From Eledone cirrhosa (taxonomy: Eukaryota): a DNA stretch of 64,000 nt. The translations under genes were made by a program, and so were the position numbers. The notes beneath the pieces were generated by a model. The model made no database searches. It saw only the letters and a program-made list of their open reading frames with translations, and was not told the origin of the DNA. The stretch lies in NCBI GenBank assembly GCA_964016885.1, contig OZ024764.1, forward strand, positions 8,308,001-8,372,000. The letters run 5' to 3'. Shown here one piece after another: positions 50,301-63,800 of the stretch; the stretch's first letter is position 1; the number at the start of each line of letters is the position of its first letter.

Positions 50301-50837
50301 CCTGGACCGATGGACAACTTCCAAAAGTCCCTGGCTTGGCAGTGCTACCGAGGGGCTCTACCCGTTCGAGACAAGCTCCACAGGCATGGGAGCCTGGGTA
50401 GAGATCCTTTGAATAAGATCTGTCCGAGATGCGTGCATGATGACGAAACCGTTGCGCACGCATTCGTACACTGCCCAGGCATTGCTGACCTGTGGGGCTA
50501 TGTGGAACGACTACTGTCTAGGGTGGGACCAATCCGGTTGACCACCGAGTCCATTGTCACGATCAAACCGCCTCCCCCTTTCAAAAACGAAGGAGAGGCA
50601 GTTTTTCTCTGTGTGGTAGCCATGGCTAAAGAAGTTGTATGGTGGACGAGGCTGAAAGGGCTGAGGTCAGACACCTTTCTCTCCGGCCAACAACTGGTCC
50701 CCTTTTTCAAATACCATTTTAAAAGAAGGATCAGAATGGAGAGAGAGGTGCTCTACCCCAGCAAGTTTTATGAAAGGTGGGTGAAAGTAGGGAGAATGGC
50801 CAGAGTGAATGGGTCTTCTCTCTATATCAGCCTGTAG
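47400..50837 (+). CDS. LINE ORF2p (APE endonuclease + reverse transcriptase + C-terminal Zn motif), 1145 aa
   Basis: LNVRGL, GDWN, YLDR, SDH; SPGLDG, FRPITLLN, LDQSKAFDRV, RQGCPLS, YADD; CPRC..ETVAHAFVHC. Confidence 0.95.
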   Translation: MADIRVGFLNVRGLGLSWKQGKLLNDLRSHRMDVMAICESRISSEHQLAPLFDDFEIFASLCQPGGGGGVVVLLRKHLGLAIQKVHLDPEGRLVVLDVGSSESGALRLIAVYAPFWAARPEYFQRLETFLGTSRSLLLVGDWNGILDARWDYVGACANRGGCKSLKRLIGRFDLADRYRLDFPTVPLWTWTNRSGTSRSYLDRVLVRENDRDTFSCPKMFMVDYSDHKLVTCIANLDRTHRQGPGYWKLNLSLPRSKAYSKRISTLVKQNLTGAIVNNRWWSSLKRAIRIESIGFSQELARDRNKTERELVDRVEEAIRSGNVAGVLASRMALDQFFEVKHEGCVVRSKIRALGNEGAKAVSWARVTEAKSGNKSTIRSLKDQDGRVILEPGQMCAAFQRRFARLFERGGAPGETMDFNPYLDGLPRLSDAEAKSCERTISAAEIGAALSQCGKRKSPGLDGLPYELYVAMPDLFSDILEAVYCNWQQNGRIPSSVTKGVVTLVRKDENKGDDISNFRPITLLNTELKILAKVLAKRLALVVGNLVGEAQTCAIPSRSIHDNLHLMRYIIERVGNEPGFGGALINLDQSKAFDRVDHRYLDAVLAAAGFGPVFRGWIAAMHSSNVCSRVKVNGHLSEPFQIMRSIRQGCPLSSLLYVLALEPLLRKLERLQGIPLEPGLQKAASAYADDVTVMVSKTSQIGEIGTLLEEYERFTGAKLNRDKSVGLQLGTWRGKPMPSNDVVGRWTEGPVKLLGVWFGPDLQVEKNWNEVTARVFALTQKWAQCKLSLKGRAEVANTYIASVIYYRLTVVPCPVKRLAKMECALFQFLWNKRTPLVRRSICCQHPSKGGLGMPWLQMRKHALRLRHLQVFLTGQPVWAPFVRRAFPRLVSLTELQSWVKQRPRKVGDWHIECAQALTALWKADPAISGDSTSTFYRGLVRSRCDDALGEALGMEEDELASLFGRTFGPGPMDNFQKSLAWQCYRGALPVRDKLHRHGSLGRDPLNKICPRCVHDDETVAHAFVHCPGIADLWGYVERLLSRVGPIRLTTESIVTIKPPPPFKNEGEAVFLCVVAMAKEVVWWTRLKGLRSDTFLSGQQLVPFFKYHFKRRIRMEREVLYPSKFYERWVKVGRMARVNGSSLYISL

Positions 50838-51074
50838 GTGAAAGAAGAGGAAAAAGAGGAGACGAGGGAAGCACCTACTCTTTGTGCTCCTGAGGAGAAG
50901 GGTTACACATTTTTTCCGGGGTGTGTGCGACCCATGTTAATGCCCCCTCCCTATTGAGGACTTCGTTTGTTGTTGTTATTTCATTGTTATATTTTTGTAC
51001 TCGTTAATTATATGTAAACTTCCCCCCTTGTATCTGTCCCTACCTTTTGTGCCCTAGTGGCAAATAAAGAAACC

Positions 51075-53048
51075 ACTCTATATATACTATTGTATTTTCA
51101 CAGTAAAGGTTTTACCTCACATAATATCTCACATAACATTTACATTACTCTATATATACTATTGTATTTTCACAGTAAAGGCTTTACCTCACATAATATC
51201 TCACATAACATTTACATTACTCTATATATACTATTGTATTTTCACAGTAAAGGCTTTACCTCACATAATATCTCGCATAACATTTACATTACTCTATATA
51301 TACTATTGTATTTTCACAGTAAAGGCTTTACCACACATATATCTCATAACATTTACACTACTCTATATATACTATTATATTGTCACAGTAAAGGCTTTAC
51401 CTCACATAATATCTCACATAACATTTACATTACTCTATATATACTATTGTATTTTCACAGTAAAGGTTTTACCTCACATAATATCTCACATAACATTTAC
51501 ATTACTCTATATATACTATTATATTGTCACAGTAAAGGCTTTACCTCGCATAATATCTCACATAATATTTACATTACTCTATATATACTATTGTATTGTC
51601 ACAGTAAAGGCTTTACCTCACATAATATCTCACATAACATTTACATTACTCTATATATACTATTGTATTTTCACAGTAAAGGCTTTACCTCACATAATAT
51701 CTCGCATAACATTTACATTACTCTATATATACTATTGTATTTTCACAGTAAAGGCTTTACCACACATATATCTCATAACATTTACACTACTCTATATATA
51801 CTATTATATTGTCACAGTAAAGGCTTTACCTCACATAATACCTCACATAACATTTACATTACTCTATATATACTATTGTATTTTCACAGTAAAGGCTTTA
51901 CCACACATATATCTCATAACATTTACACTACTCTATATATACTATTATATTGTCACAGTAAAGGCTTTACCTCACATAATACCTCACATAACATTTACAT
52001 TACTCTATATATACTATTGTATTTTCACAGTAAAGGCTTTACCTCACATAATATCTCACATAACATTTACATTACTCTATATATACTATTGTATTTTCAC
52101 AGTAAAGGCTTTACCTCACATAATATCTCACATAACATTTACATTACTCTATATATACTATTGTATTTTCACAGTAAAGGCTTTACCTCACATAATATCT
52201 CACATAACATTTACATTACTCTATATATACTATTGTATTTTCACAGTAAAGGCTTTACCTCACATAATATCTCGCATAACATTTACATTACTCTATATAT
52301 ACTATTGTATTTTCACAGTAAAGGCTTTACCACACATATATCTCATAACATTTACACTACTCTATATATACTATTATATTGTCACAGTAAAGGCTTTACC
52401 TCACATAATATCTCACATAACATTTACATTACTCTATATATACTATTGTATTTTCACAGTAAAGGTTTTACCTCACATAATATCTCACATAACATTTACA
52501 TTACTCTATATATACTATTATATTGTCACAGTAAAGGCTTTACCTCGCATAATATCTCACATAATATTTACATTACTCTATATATACTATTGTATTGTCA
52601 CAGTAAAGGCTTTACCTCACATAATATCTCACATAACATTTACATTACTCTATATATACTATTGTATTTTCACAGTAAAGACTTTACCTCACATAATATC
52701 TCACATAATATTTACATTACTCTATATATACTATTGTATTTTCACAGTATAGGCTTTACCTCGCATAATATCTCACATAATATTTACATTACTCTATATA
52801 TACTATTGTATTGTCACAGTAAAGGCTTTACCTCACATAATATCTCACATAACATTTACATTACTCTATATATACTATTGTATTGTCACAGTAAAGGCTT
52901 TACCTCACATAATATCTCACATAACATTTACATTACTCTATATATACTATTGTATTTTCACAGTAAAGGCTTTACCTCACATAACATTTACATTACTCTA
53001 TATATACTATTGTATTTTCACAGTAAAGGCTTTACCTCACATAATATT
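51075..53048. repeat. 81-bp satellite (~24 copies; 3 more at 45203-45422)
   Basis: Unit catttacattactctatatatactattgtattttcacagtaaaggctttacctcacataatatctcacataa, with recurring 78-bp variants. Confidence 0.95.
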
Positions 53049-53448
53049 GAATCTATGAGATTTTGATGTTATTTATTTTGAGAACAAAACCTCAGCATCC
53101 GTATGAGTTGCCGGTTACGCCTGGTTTAAATGCTAAAGGGTTGAGGTGGGATATTTTTTTGGACAGTTATCATACATATTAAGTTAAAGATGAAAACATT
53201 TGCTTGAGAGTTTCTGACCACTGTTAAAAATGCTCAGATTTACAGATCTAGCCAACCCACTCTTCTCTCTTTGTGTACAATGTTATCTACGTAGCCAGTT
53301 GTATGTGACAAAACCTCAAGTAAACAATAAACACTCCAGGTTTAATAATTTACTTCCACCTGTTAATTACATCTCATTCGAACACCTGCGATCAGCCTGT
53401 ATATTTTAACTTGTTGATGTTGATAATGATTGTTTTCATATATATATA

Positions 53449-53525
<77 letters not shown>

Positions 53526-53613
53526 ATATATATATATATAAGTGTGTGTGTGTGTGTATATAAATATATATATATATATATATATAGAAGTGTGTGTGTG
53601 TGTGTATACATAA

Positions 53614-53675
<62 letters not shown>

Positions 53676-54381
53676 CATCATCATCATCACCGTTTTACGT
53701 CCATTCTTCCACACTAGCATGGGTTAGACAGGTTGTCCTGCTGTGGGCAGTGTCCGGTTGGCTGACCTTGTCTTGCTCATACGGGAACTGATTCTGGCTT
53801 AATATCTACAGCTGGATGCCCTTCCTAACACCAACCTCATTTACAGTGAGTGCTGGGTGCTTTTTTGCCGTGGCACCTCCACGACCACTTTGCAGTGGAA
53901 TAACAGTGACCCCAGTCCCTATCATCTCATTTCTACAGCTGAGTAAACTGGAGCAAAGTGAAATAAAGTGTCTTGCTCAAGAACACAACACATCACCCGG
54001 TCCGAGAATTGAACTCACAACCTTACCATTGCAAGGCCAATGCTCTAACCACTAAGCCATGTGCCTGCATGCATATATATATATATACCGAATTTTTAAT
54101 CCAAATTACATACGCACACACACTTATATATGTAGTCCTCAACATCTCACCAACCAACACAAGGTAAGTTCCCTAAAAATGTCCAATCACGTCCCTGTGA
54201 TTTGTTTGGTTCCTTAGAACTACCTATGGGGTGAAGGTGGTGGGTAAACCAGGTAAACAGGCTTTGTGTGATGTAGTCGTATTAGGCTTTCCTTCAAACA
54301 TATCATATATATCAAATATATCATATATACCATGACTGAATCTTAACCATCTACTATGTCAGGGTATGTCATGCATCATCT

Positions 54382-54448
54382 TATTTTATCTGATGGGGAC
54401 GTACTGTTGAAGTTAGCTCAGTACCTCTGAAATATGTATAATAAAATA
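54382..54448 (+). ncRNA. Type I hammerhead motif with core substitution (CUGAUGG)
   Basis: TATTTTAT-CTGATGG-ggacgtactg[loop]cagtacctct-GAAA-TATGT-ATA-ATAAAATA. Stems I and III match the 15279-15343 copy. Confidence 0.65.
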
Positions 54449-54469
54449 TACTTGATCACACGTATTAAT

Positions 54470-54635
54470 ATATAATAATAATAATAATGAAATTATTGTG
54501 TAAAGTGCTCAGGTGCACTACAACTCGTCAATATAGTACATAGATTAATACACAAATGCCAGGGAGGTACATGTTTGTATGTGTTAGCTGTAGTGTTGGC
54601 GGATCTCGGGAAGCATGGAGGCCTTAAAGGATGGA
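54470..54635 (-). mobile_element. CR1-like 3' tail fragment
   Basis: Matches 36320-36480. Confidence 0.82.
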
Positions 54636-54829
54636 GTATATATATATATATGTGTGTGTGTCATCATCATCATCATTTTACGTCCGCTTTTCCCTGCTTG
54701 CAAGGGTGGGACGGGTCCTACTCAGCATCTCTCCACTTGTCACGGTCCTTCGCCATCTCCTCTGTGAGTCTCAGCGATCTGAGGTCTGCTCTCACCACCT
54801 CCGCCCATGTTTTTCGTGGTCTACCTCTA

Positions 54830-54832
<3 letters not shown>

Positions 54833-54906
<74 letters not shown>

Positions 54907-54977
54907 GGTGTGTGTGTGTATATATATATGTGTGTATGTATATGCGTGTGTGCATATATATATATATGTATGTATAC

Positions 54978-55028
<51 letters not shown>

Positions 55029-55109
55029 TATATACATATATATATACATATACATATATATATGTATATATATATATGTATATAGATATATATATATATG
55101 TATGTATAC

Positions 55110-55160
<51 letters not shown>

Positions 55161-55441
55161 CATATATATATACATATACATATATATATGTATATATATA
55201 TATGTATATAGATAGATATATATATATGTATATATATATACATATATATATACATATACATATATATATATATATGTATATATATATAGATATATATGTA
55301 GATGTATATATATATATATATACATATACATATACATATATATACATATACATATATATACATATATATATATACATATATATACATATACATATATACA
55401 TATATATACATATACACATATATATACATATACATATATAC

Positions 55442-55489
<48 letters not shown>

Positions 55490-55635
55490 ACATACATATA
55501 CATATATATACATATATATATACATATACATATATATACATATATACATATACATATATATATACATATATACACATACATACATATACATATATATATA
55601 CATATATACACATACATATATATATACATATACAT

Positions 55636-55666
<31 letters not shown>

Positions 55667-55715
55667 CATATACATATATACACATACATATACATATATA
55701 TATACATATACATAT

Positions 55716-55746
<31 letters not shown>

Positions 55747-55928
55747 CATATATATATATACATATATACATATACATATATATATACATATATATATATA
55801 TACATATACATATATGTATACATTTATATATACATATACATATACATATATATATACATATATACATATATATATACATATATATACATATATATATATA
55901 TATACATATATTTATATATATATATATT

Positions 55929-55962
<34 letters not shown>

Positions 55963-56096
55963 CATATATTTATATATATATATATTTATATATATATATA
56001 TTTATATATATATATATATACATATATTTATATATATATATATTTATATATATATATATATACATATATTTATATATATATATATTTATATATATA
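54833..56096. repeat. Long degenerate (TA)n/(TACA)n tract
   Basis: Direct reading. Confidence 0.95.
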
Positions 56097-57975
56097 ACTT
56101 TGAACTTTGAACTTTGAAATGTTTTGGCCAGTATTGGCCCAGGCCATGTCTAACTTAATAGCACCACCTGGCGAAGTCTTTCAATTCAGGATTTGGGCAC
56201 CATGGCCCATTCGAGAAGAGAATTACTGTTTGCGGAGACATATCCGGGTGTGGGTGGTTTGTCCAGGATTACTTGGAGGAATTTGTCCAAAGACTTCTTG
56301 AATTTTGTGTGGTCAGTTTCTGTTTTGACGTGTCCTGGTGTGATGTTGAAGAGAGCAGGGCCGATTGAGGTGAAATAATTGTGCCGTATTGTTGTTATGA
56401 GTTGCGATTTAGATTTTTGAATGGGACGGATAGCACGGGGCCCAAGCCTTGGGTGTATCTTGAAGGCGATGCCAACATCATTTGAGCAGTGATGATGGAA
56501 CATTTTCCACATCATGCAGATAATATAACGCTCACGGCGACGTTGGAGTGAGTAAAGTTTCAGGTTTTCTAATCGACCCCAGTAGTCAAGGTCTGACATG
56601 CCATCTATCTTTTTCGTGATTGCCCTTTGAGGAGCTTCAAGTTTCATGATACTTTGTTTCGTGTGGGGAGACCACAGTGGACAACAGTATTCAAGGTGTG
56701 GTCGGGCGAAAGTAGAGAAGAGAAGGATAATGGTGTGGGAATCTCTCGACTGGAAGGTTCTGAGGATCCAGGAACACATTCTGCGGGCCATGTCAACTTT
56801 GCTGCTTATATGCGTGGTCCAGCTTATGTTGCTGTCCACGGTTACTCCCAAGTCTCTGATGTTGTTAGATGCCACGAGAGTTTCCCCGGAGGGAAGGGAG
56901 TACGGGAGTTTCAGAGCATCCTCTTTTCCAAAGTGGATCAGTTCGAATTTGTCTTCGTTCAGTAACATGTTGTTCTTTTCTGCCCATTGGGTAACAGCCA
57001 GTAGGTCTGACTGAAGGCTTATCCGGTCATCCACGCCATTGATGACCTTTTGGAGCTTGGAATCATCAGCGAAAATTTTAATGTTGCTGTGTTTGATGAT
57101 GTCAGTGATGTCATTAATATAGATGATGAAGAGAAGTGGGCCCAACACAGTGCCTTGTGGGACCCCACTACTGACTTTGACTGGGCTTGATTTGACTCCC
57201 TCAACTACAACATGTTGGGTTCTGTTTGACAGGAAGCTCTTGATCCACTGCAGCAGCTTTCCAGTGACACCAATATTGGACAGCTTTCTCAGTAGAATGT
57301 TATGATCAACCCTGTCAAAGGCCTTGCTGAAATCAAGGTAGATAACATCAGTGTTGGAACCCTCTCCAAGGCTCTCAAAATGTCATCAAAGTGATGCAGT
57401 AGCTGCGTCAGGCAATCCCTTCCATTACGGAATCCATGCTGGTTGGAGTTCAGCATATTGTTACTCTCAAGGAAGTGGGTCATTCGCGATCTCACCACTC
57501 GCTCAAATACCTTAATGATATGAGAGGTGAGTGAGATTGGACGGTAATTCACGGCAAGGGATTTGTTTCCCTTTTTGAAAACTGGGACAACAGACTGGGA
57601 TAGAAGGTTTTCTGGCACATATCCAGCATCCAGTGAGTTCCGCCACAGATTGGCAAGAGGAGATGCAAGTTGGTGTTGACACGCCTTCAAGACACAAGCA
57701 GGGAACCTATCGGGACCTACTGCTGAATTATGCTTGATTTCCTTTATTGCCGCCAAGACATCAGGGGCGCCAAACGTTATGTCCGATAAGGTGTAATGGG
57801 GAGTAACATCGCCGATACAGCCCAGATCGGCCATATCAGGATTGCTGAAAACAGAGCAGTATTGTTTCTGCAGTATCTCACCCATGGTTTTAGCATTGTC
57901 TTGAAGAGTGCCATTTTCATCAATTAGAGAGCCAACAGTAGAGCCAGTGATTTTGTGTTTTTTTGCAATGAAAAA
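56097..57975 (-). mobile_element. 5'-truncated CR1/L2-group LINE with a frameshift in RT
   Basis: Near-identical to 62175-64000. Frameshift near 57365. (TTCAAAG)n tail. Confidence 0.92.
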
Positions 57976-58277
57976 TGTATATATATATATATGTATGTAT
58001 GTGTGTATATATATATATATGTATGTATGTGTGTATATATATATATGTATGTATGTGTGTATATATATATATATGTATGTATGTGTGTATATATATATAT
58101 GTTTGTGTGTATATATATATATATGTATGTGTATATATATATATATGTATGTATGTGTGTATATATATATATGTATGTATGTGTGTATATATATATGTAT
58201 GTATGTGTGTATATATGTATGTATGTGTGCATATATATATATATGTATGTATGTGTGTATATATATATATATATATA

Positions 58278-58328
<51 letters not shown>

Positions 58329-58411
58329 ATATATATATATATGCATGTATGTGTGTGTATATATATATATATGCATGTATGTGTGTGTATATATATATGT
58401 ATATGTGTGCA

Positions 58412-58492
<81 letters not shown>

Positions 58493-58675
58493 GTGTATAT
58501 ATATATATACATAAGATGGACGTTAAACGATGATGATGGTGTATATATATATATATGTATATATGTATACATCATTTGATGTATATATCCTGATGATTTC
58601 TAAAGAATGAAACAGTTCTAGTCCTGTAGAATCTCATCTATATTAAAACTGTATATATATGTATATATATAAATG

Positions 58676-58725
<50 letters not shown>

Positions 58726-58733
58726 TGCATATG

Positions 58734-58765
<32 letters not shown>

Positions 58766-58787
58766 TGTATATATATGTATATGTATA

Positions 58788-58840
<53 letters not shown>

Positions 58841-58879
58841 GTATATATATATATATATGTATATATATGTATATATATG

Positions 58880-58912
<33 letters not shown>

Positions 58913-59057
58913 GTATATATATATATATATATGTATATATATGTATATATATATGTATATATATATATATATGTGTATATATATATATGTATATATATAT
59001 ATGTATATATATATATGTATATATATGTATATATATATATATATATGTATATATATG

Positions 59058-59088
<31 letters not shown>

Positions 59089-59103
59089 GTATATATATAT
59101 ATG

Positions 59104-59194
<91 letters not shown>

Positions 59195-59353
59195 GTATAT
59201 ATATATATGTATATATATATATAAATATATATATATATAAATATATATATATATAAATATATATATATATAAATATATGTATATATATATATGTATATAT
59301 ATGTATATATATATGTATATATATATGTATATATATATATATATGTATATATA

Positions 59354-59388
<35 letters not shown>

Positions 59389-59401
59389 GTATATATATAT
59401 G

Positions 59402-59440
<39 letters not shown>

Positions 59441-60065
59441 GTATATGTATATATAAATGTATATATATATGTATATATATATGTATATATATATATATAT
59501 ATGTATATGTATATGTATATGTATATATATATATATATGTATATGTATATATATATGTATATGTATATGTATGTATATGTATATATATATATGTATATGT
59601 ATATATATATATATGTATATGTATATATATATGTATATGTATATGTATATATGTTATATATATATGTATATGTATATATGTATATATATGTATATGTATA
59701 TATATGTATATGTATATATATATGTATATGTATATATATATGTATATATATGTATATGTATGTATATATATGTATATGTATATATATGTATATATATATA
59801 TGTATATGTATATATATGTATATATATATATATATGTATATGTATTTATATGTATATATATATATGTATATGTATACATATGTATATATATATATATATG
59901 TATATGTATATATATATATGTATATATATGTATATATATATATGTATATGTATATATATGTATATGTATATGTATATATATGTATATATATATATATATG
60001 TATATGTATATATATATATGTATATGTATATATATATATGTATATGTATATATATATATGTACAT
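57976..60065. repeat. (TA)n/(TATG)n tracts with a short unique island (58510-58650)
   Basis: Direct reading. Confidence 0.92.
58578..58638 (+). ncRNA. Type I hammerhead motif, intact core, weak stem I
   Basis: CTGATGA-tTTC.TAAA.GAAt-GAAA-CAG[loop]CTG-TA, with stem I tc/ga plus gatg/catc. Confidence 0.6.
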
Positions 60066-60869
60066 GTATCATCATCATCATCATCATCAGGTTTAGCGTT
60101 CGTGTTCCACGCTTGCATGGGTTTGGACGGGGGTTTTCCCACTTGAGGCAAGAGTGATTGTCTTGCTCGCATAGGACTGTCTGGCGGGTTTTCTACAGTT
60201 GGATGCCCTTCCTAACACCAACCACATTTACAGTGTGGGGCTGGGAGGTTTTTACCGTGTTGCCTACACGGCCACATTACAGCGTGGACTGTCTGGCTGG
60301 TTTTCTACAGCTGGATGCCCTTCCTAACACCAACCACATTTACAGTGTGGGGCTGGGAGGTTTTTACCGTGTTGCCTACACGGCCACATTTACAGCGTGG
60401 ACTGTGTGTTTTTTGTCGTGACACCTACACGATCTCATTTGTTTCGGCCTGGATGTTGTGGGACCAACATAACTTTACATTGAAAGGGGCGGTGTGGGTG
60501 GGGTGGAGGTGGTGGGACGGGGGGGTGTTTTGATAGAGGTGCCTACTGACTGTAGTAGGTTTTTACTTTGTATTTAGGTAAGGCAGGTCTTCTCTATTAC
60601 TGAGTACCGCCAAAGGTCTCGGTCCAGTATATATCATCATCACCATCATCACCGTTTTACGTCCGTTCTTCCACGCTAGCATGGGTTAGACGGGTTGTCC
60701 TGTTGTGGGCAGTGTCTGGTCGGCTGACCATGCCTTGCTCATACAGGAACTGATCTGGCTTGATTTCTACAGCTGGATGCCCTTCCTAACACCAACCTCA
60801 TTTACAGTGAGTGCTGGGTGCTTTTTCGTGGCGCCTACACGTCCACTTTACAGTGTGGGCATGTATATA

Positions 60870-63800
60870 TACATCAACTGGAAAAAAACATTCGAGCTAT
60901 CACCCAGCACCACCCTCCACTATCACCCCACTGCACAAACTCCCATTGCTGCCATTAACAAACAAACAAATTAACAACACACCAAAACAATTAAAACCAT
61001 CCACTCTCGCCTCTACATTTTTGCTTAACGCCCAAGGCATCAGCCCTTCCACCAATACTAAAAAATGGAAGATCAAATTCCTGGAGGACTGGATTGATGT
61101 CCATCCAAACCACATCCCTTTCTTCGTCCTCACTGAAACCCATCTCTGTAACCTCCACTTGGAAGCCGAGGTGAAAGTGAAAAATTTCAAAGCCATCCGT
61201 GCTGATCGCGCTGGCAGAAGAAAGGGCGGAACTGCCATTTATGTCCATAATTCTTTCTCAACAGAGGCTATGAACATATTCACTAATGGATACTGTGAAG
61301 CAGTCACTGTATTCAGTCAAACCAACAACCTATTAGTAGTTGGGCTCTATAGGCCACCCCAAACGCCTGTACCATGCTTCAAGGAATGCCTCAACAGCAT
61401 AAAGTGTTTCATCCAAGAGTGTCACCCTGACAACATCTTAATGATGGGGGACTTCAACCTCCCCGGAGTTGACTGGTCCACAAACAGCCTGCCACCAGGT
61501 TCTTCTGCCTCAACCTCTGACAGGGAAGCTGTGGAATCGCTTCTTGACTTCATGGATGATTTCTTCCTATCCCAACTGGTGCTCGAACCAACGAGGTGCC
61601 ACAAAAACGTCCTAGACTTAATTTTCAGCAATCACACTGACAATATCCACAATATTGCAGTGGAGAAAACTCTACTCTCTGATCATGACATGGTTCTCTG
61701 TGATCTGAGATTCCACCGTCCAATATACAAACCCAATGTCATCTCTCCTGTCCATCCGTTTGACGCTATGGATTTCCACAATGCAAACTGGGAAGCGATC
61801 AGTCATGATCTTGCACATGTCGACTGGTCCTTCACGCACACTCATACACCCACTAACATCAAAAAGTCCTGGCAGACATTTGTGGACACTGTTACAAACA
61901 TATGTGCTAAACACACCCCATTAAGAACTATAAACAAATCTAAGAGCAGAATCCCTAGAAATAGAAAAACGCTCATCAGAAAAATTAAGAGAACGAACAA
62001 AAAAATCAACAAGCTGAAATACTGTCAGCAGCAACACATCAACTTGACTGCCATTTCATCACTAGAGATTAAAAAACATAACCTCCAAAACAACATAATG
62101 TCCCTCATCAACAATCAGAGAAGAGCTGAAGAGGCCTGGGCCATTGAGAAGATCAAACTCAATCCCAAAGTGTTCTTTTCATTTGCAAAAAAACACAAAA
62201 TCACTGGCTCTACTGTTGGCCCTCTAATTGATGAAAATGGCACTCTTCAAGACAATGCTAAAACCATGGGTGAGATACTGCAGAAACAATACTGCTCTGT
62301 TTTCAGCAATCCTGATATGGCCGATCTGGGCTGTATCGGCGATGTTACTCCCCATTACACCTTATCGGACATAACGTTTGGCGCCCCTGATGTCTTGGCG
62401 GCAATAAAGGAAATCAAGCATAATTCAGCAGTAGGTCCCGATAGGTTCCCTGCTTGTGTCTTGAAGGCGTGTCAACACCAACTTGCTTCTCCTCTTGCCA
62501 ATCTGTGGCGGAACTCACTGGATGCTGGATATGTGCCAGAAAACCTTCTATCCCAGTCTGTTGTCCCAGTTTTCAAAAAGGGAAACAAATCCCTTGCCGT
62601 GAATTACCGTCCAATCTCACTCACCTCTCATATCATTAAGGTATTTGAGCGAGTGGTGAGATCGCAAATGACCCACTTCCTTGAGAGTAACAATATGCTG
62701 AACTCCAACCAGCATGGATTCCGTAATGGAAGGGATTGCCTGACGCAACTACTGCATCACTTTGATGACATTTTGAGAGCCTTGGGAGAGGGTTCCAACA
62801 CTGATGTTATCTACCTTGATTTCAGCAAGGCCTTTGACAGGGTTGATCATAACATTCTACTGAGAAAGCTGTCCAATATTGGTGTCACTGGAAAGCTGCT
62901 GCAGTGGATCAAGAGCTTCCTGTCAAACAGAACCCAACATGTTGTAGTTGAGGGAGTCAAATCAAGCCCAGCCAAAGTCAGTAGTAGAGTCCCACAAGGC
63001 ACTGTGTTGGGCCCACTTCTCTTCATCATCTATATTAATGACATCACTGACATCATCAAACACAGCAACATTAAAATTTTCGCTGATGATTCCAAGCTCC
63101 AAAAGGTCATCAATGGCGTGGATGACCGGATAAGCCTTCAGTCAGACCTACTGGCTGTTACCCAATGGGCAGAAAAGAACAACATGTTACTGAACGAAGA
63201 CAAATTCGAACTGATCCACTTTGGAAAAGAGGATGCTCTGAAACTCCCGTACTCCCTTCCCTCCGGGGAAACTCTCGTGGCATCTAACAACATCAGAGAC
63301 TTGGGAGTAACCGTGGACAGCAACATAAGCTGGACCACGCATATAAGCAGCAAAGTTGACATGGCCCGCAGAATGTGTTCCTGGATCCTCAGAACCTTCC
63401 AGTCGAGAGATTCCCACACCATTATCCTTCTCTTCTCTACTTTCGCCTGACCACACCTTGAATACTGTTGTCCACTGTGGTCTCCCCACACGAAACAAAG
63501 TATCATGAAACTTGAAGCTCCTCAAAGGGCAATCACGAAAAAGATAGATGGCATGTCAGACCTTGACTACTGGGGTCGATTGGAAAACCTGAAACTTTAC
63601 TCACTCCAACGTCGCCGTGAGCGTTATATTATCTGCATGATGTGGAAAATGTTCCATCATCACTGCCCAAATGATGTTGGCATCGCCTTCAAGATACACC
63701 CAAGGCTTGGGCCCCGTGCTATCCGTCCCATTCAAAAATCTAAATCGCAACTCATAACAACAATACGGCACAATTATTTCACCTCAATCGGCCCTGCTCT

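Larger units (their letters stand above)
45423..51072 (+). mobile_element. Full-length, apparently intact Tx1/L1-group non-LTR retrotransposon
   Basis: 5' UTR, two open ORFs, and a 3' UTR ending aataaagaaa. It interrupts the 81-bp satellite. Confidence 0.92.
45196..53140. mobile_element. piggyBac-like MITE shell expanded by an 81-bp satellite and a LINE insertion
   Basis: 14-bp TIRs ccctttagcattta / taaatgctaaaggg, flanked by TTAA and TTGA. Confidence 0.65.

Noticed and set aside
51057-53066. 669-aa ORF
   Set aside because: It is an 81/78-bp satellite that happens to lack stops in one frame. It has a GTG start inside the LINE 3' UTR and no domain.
54575-60172. Long YI/MY-rich ORFs
   Set aside because: (TA)n microsatellite translations.
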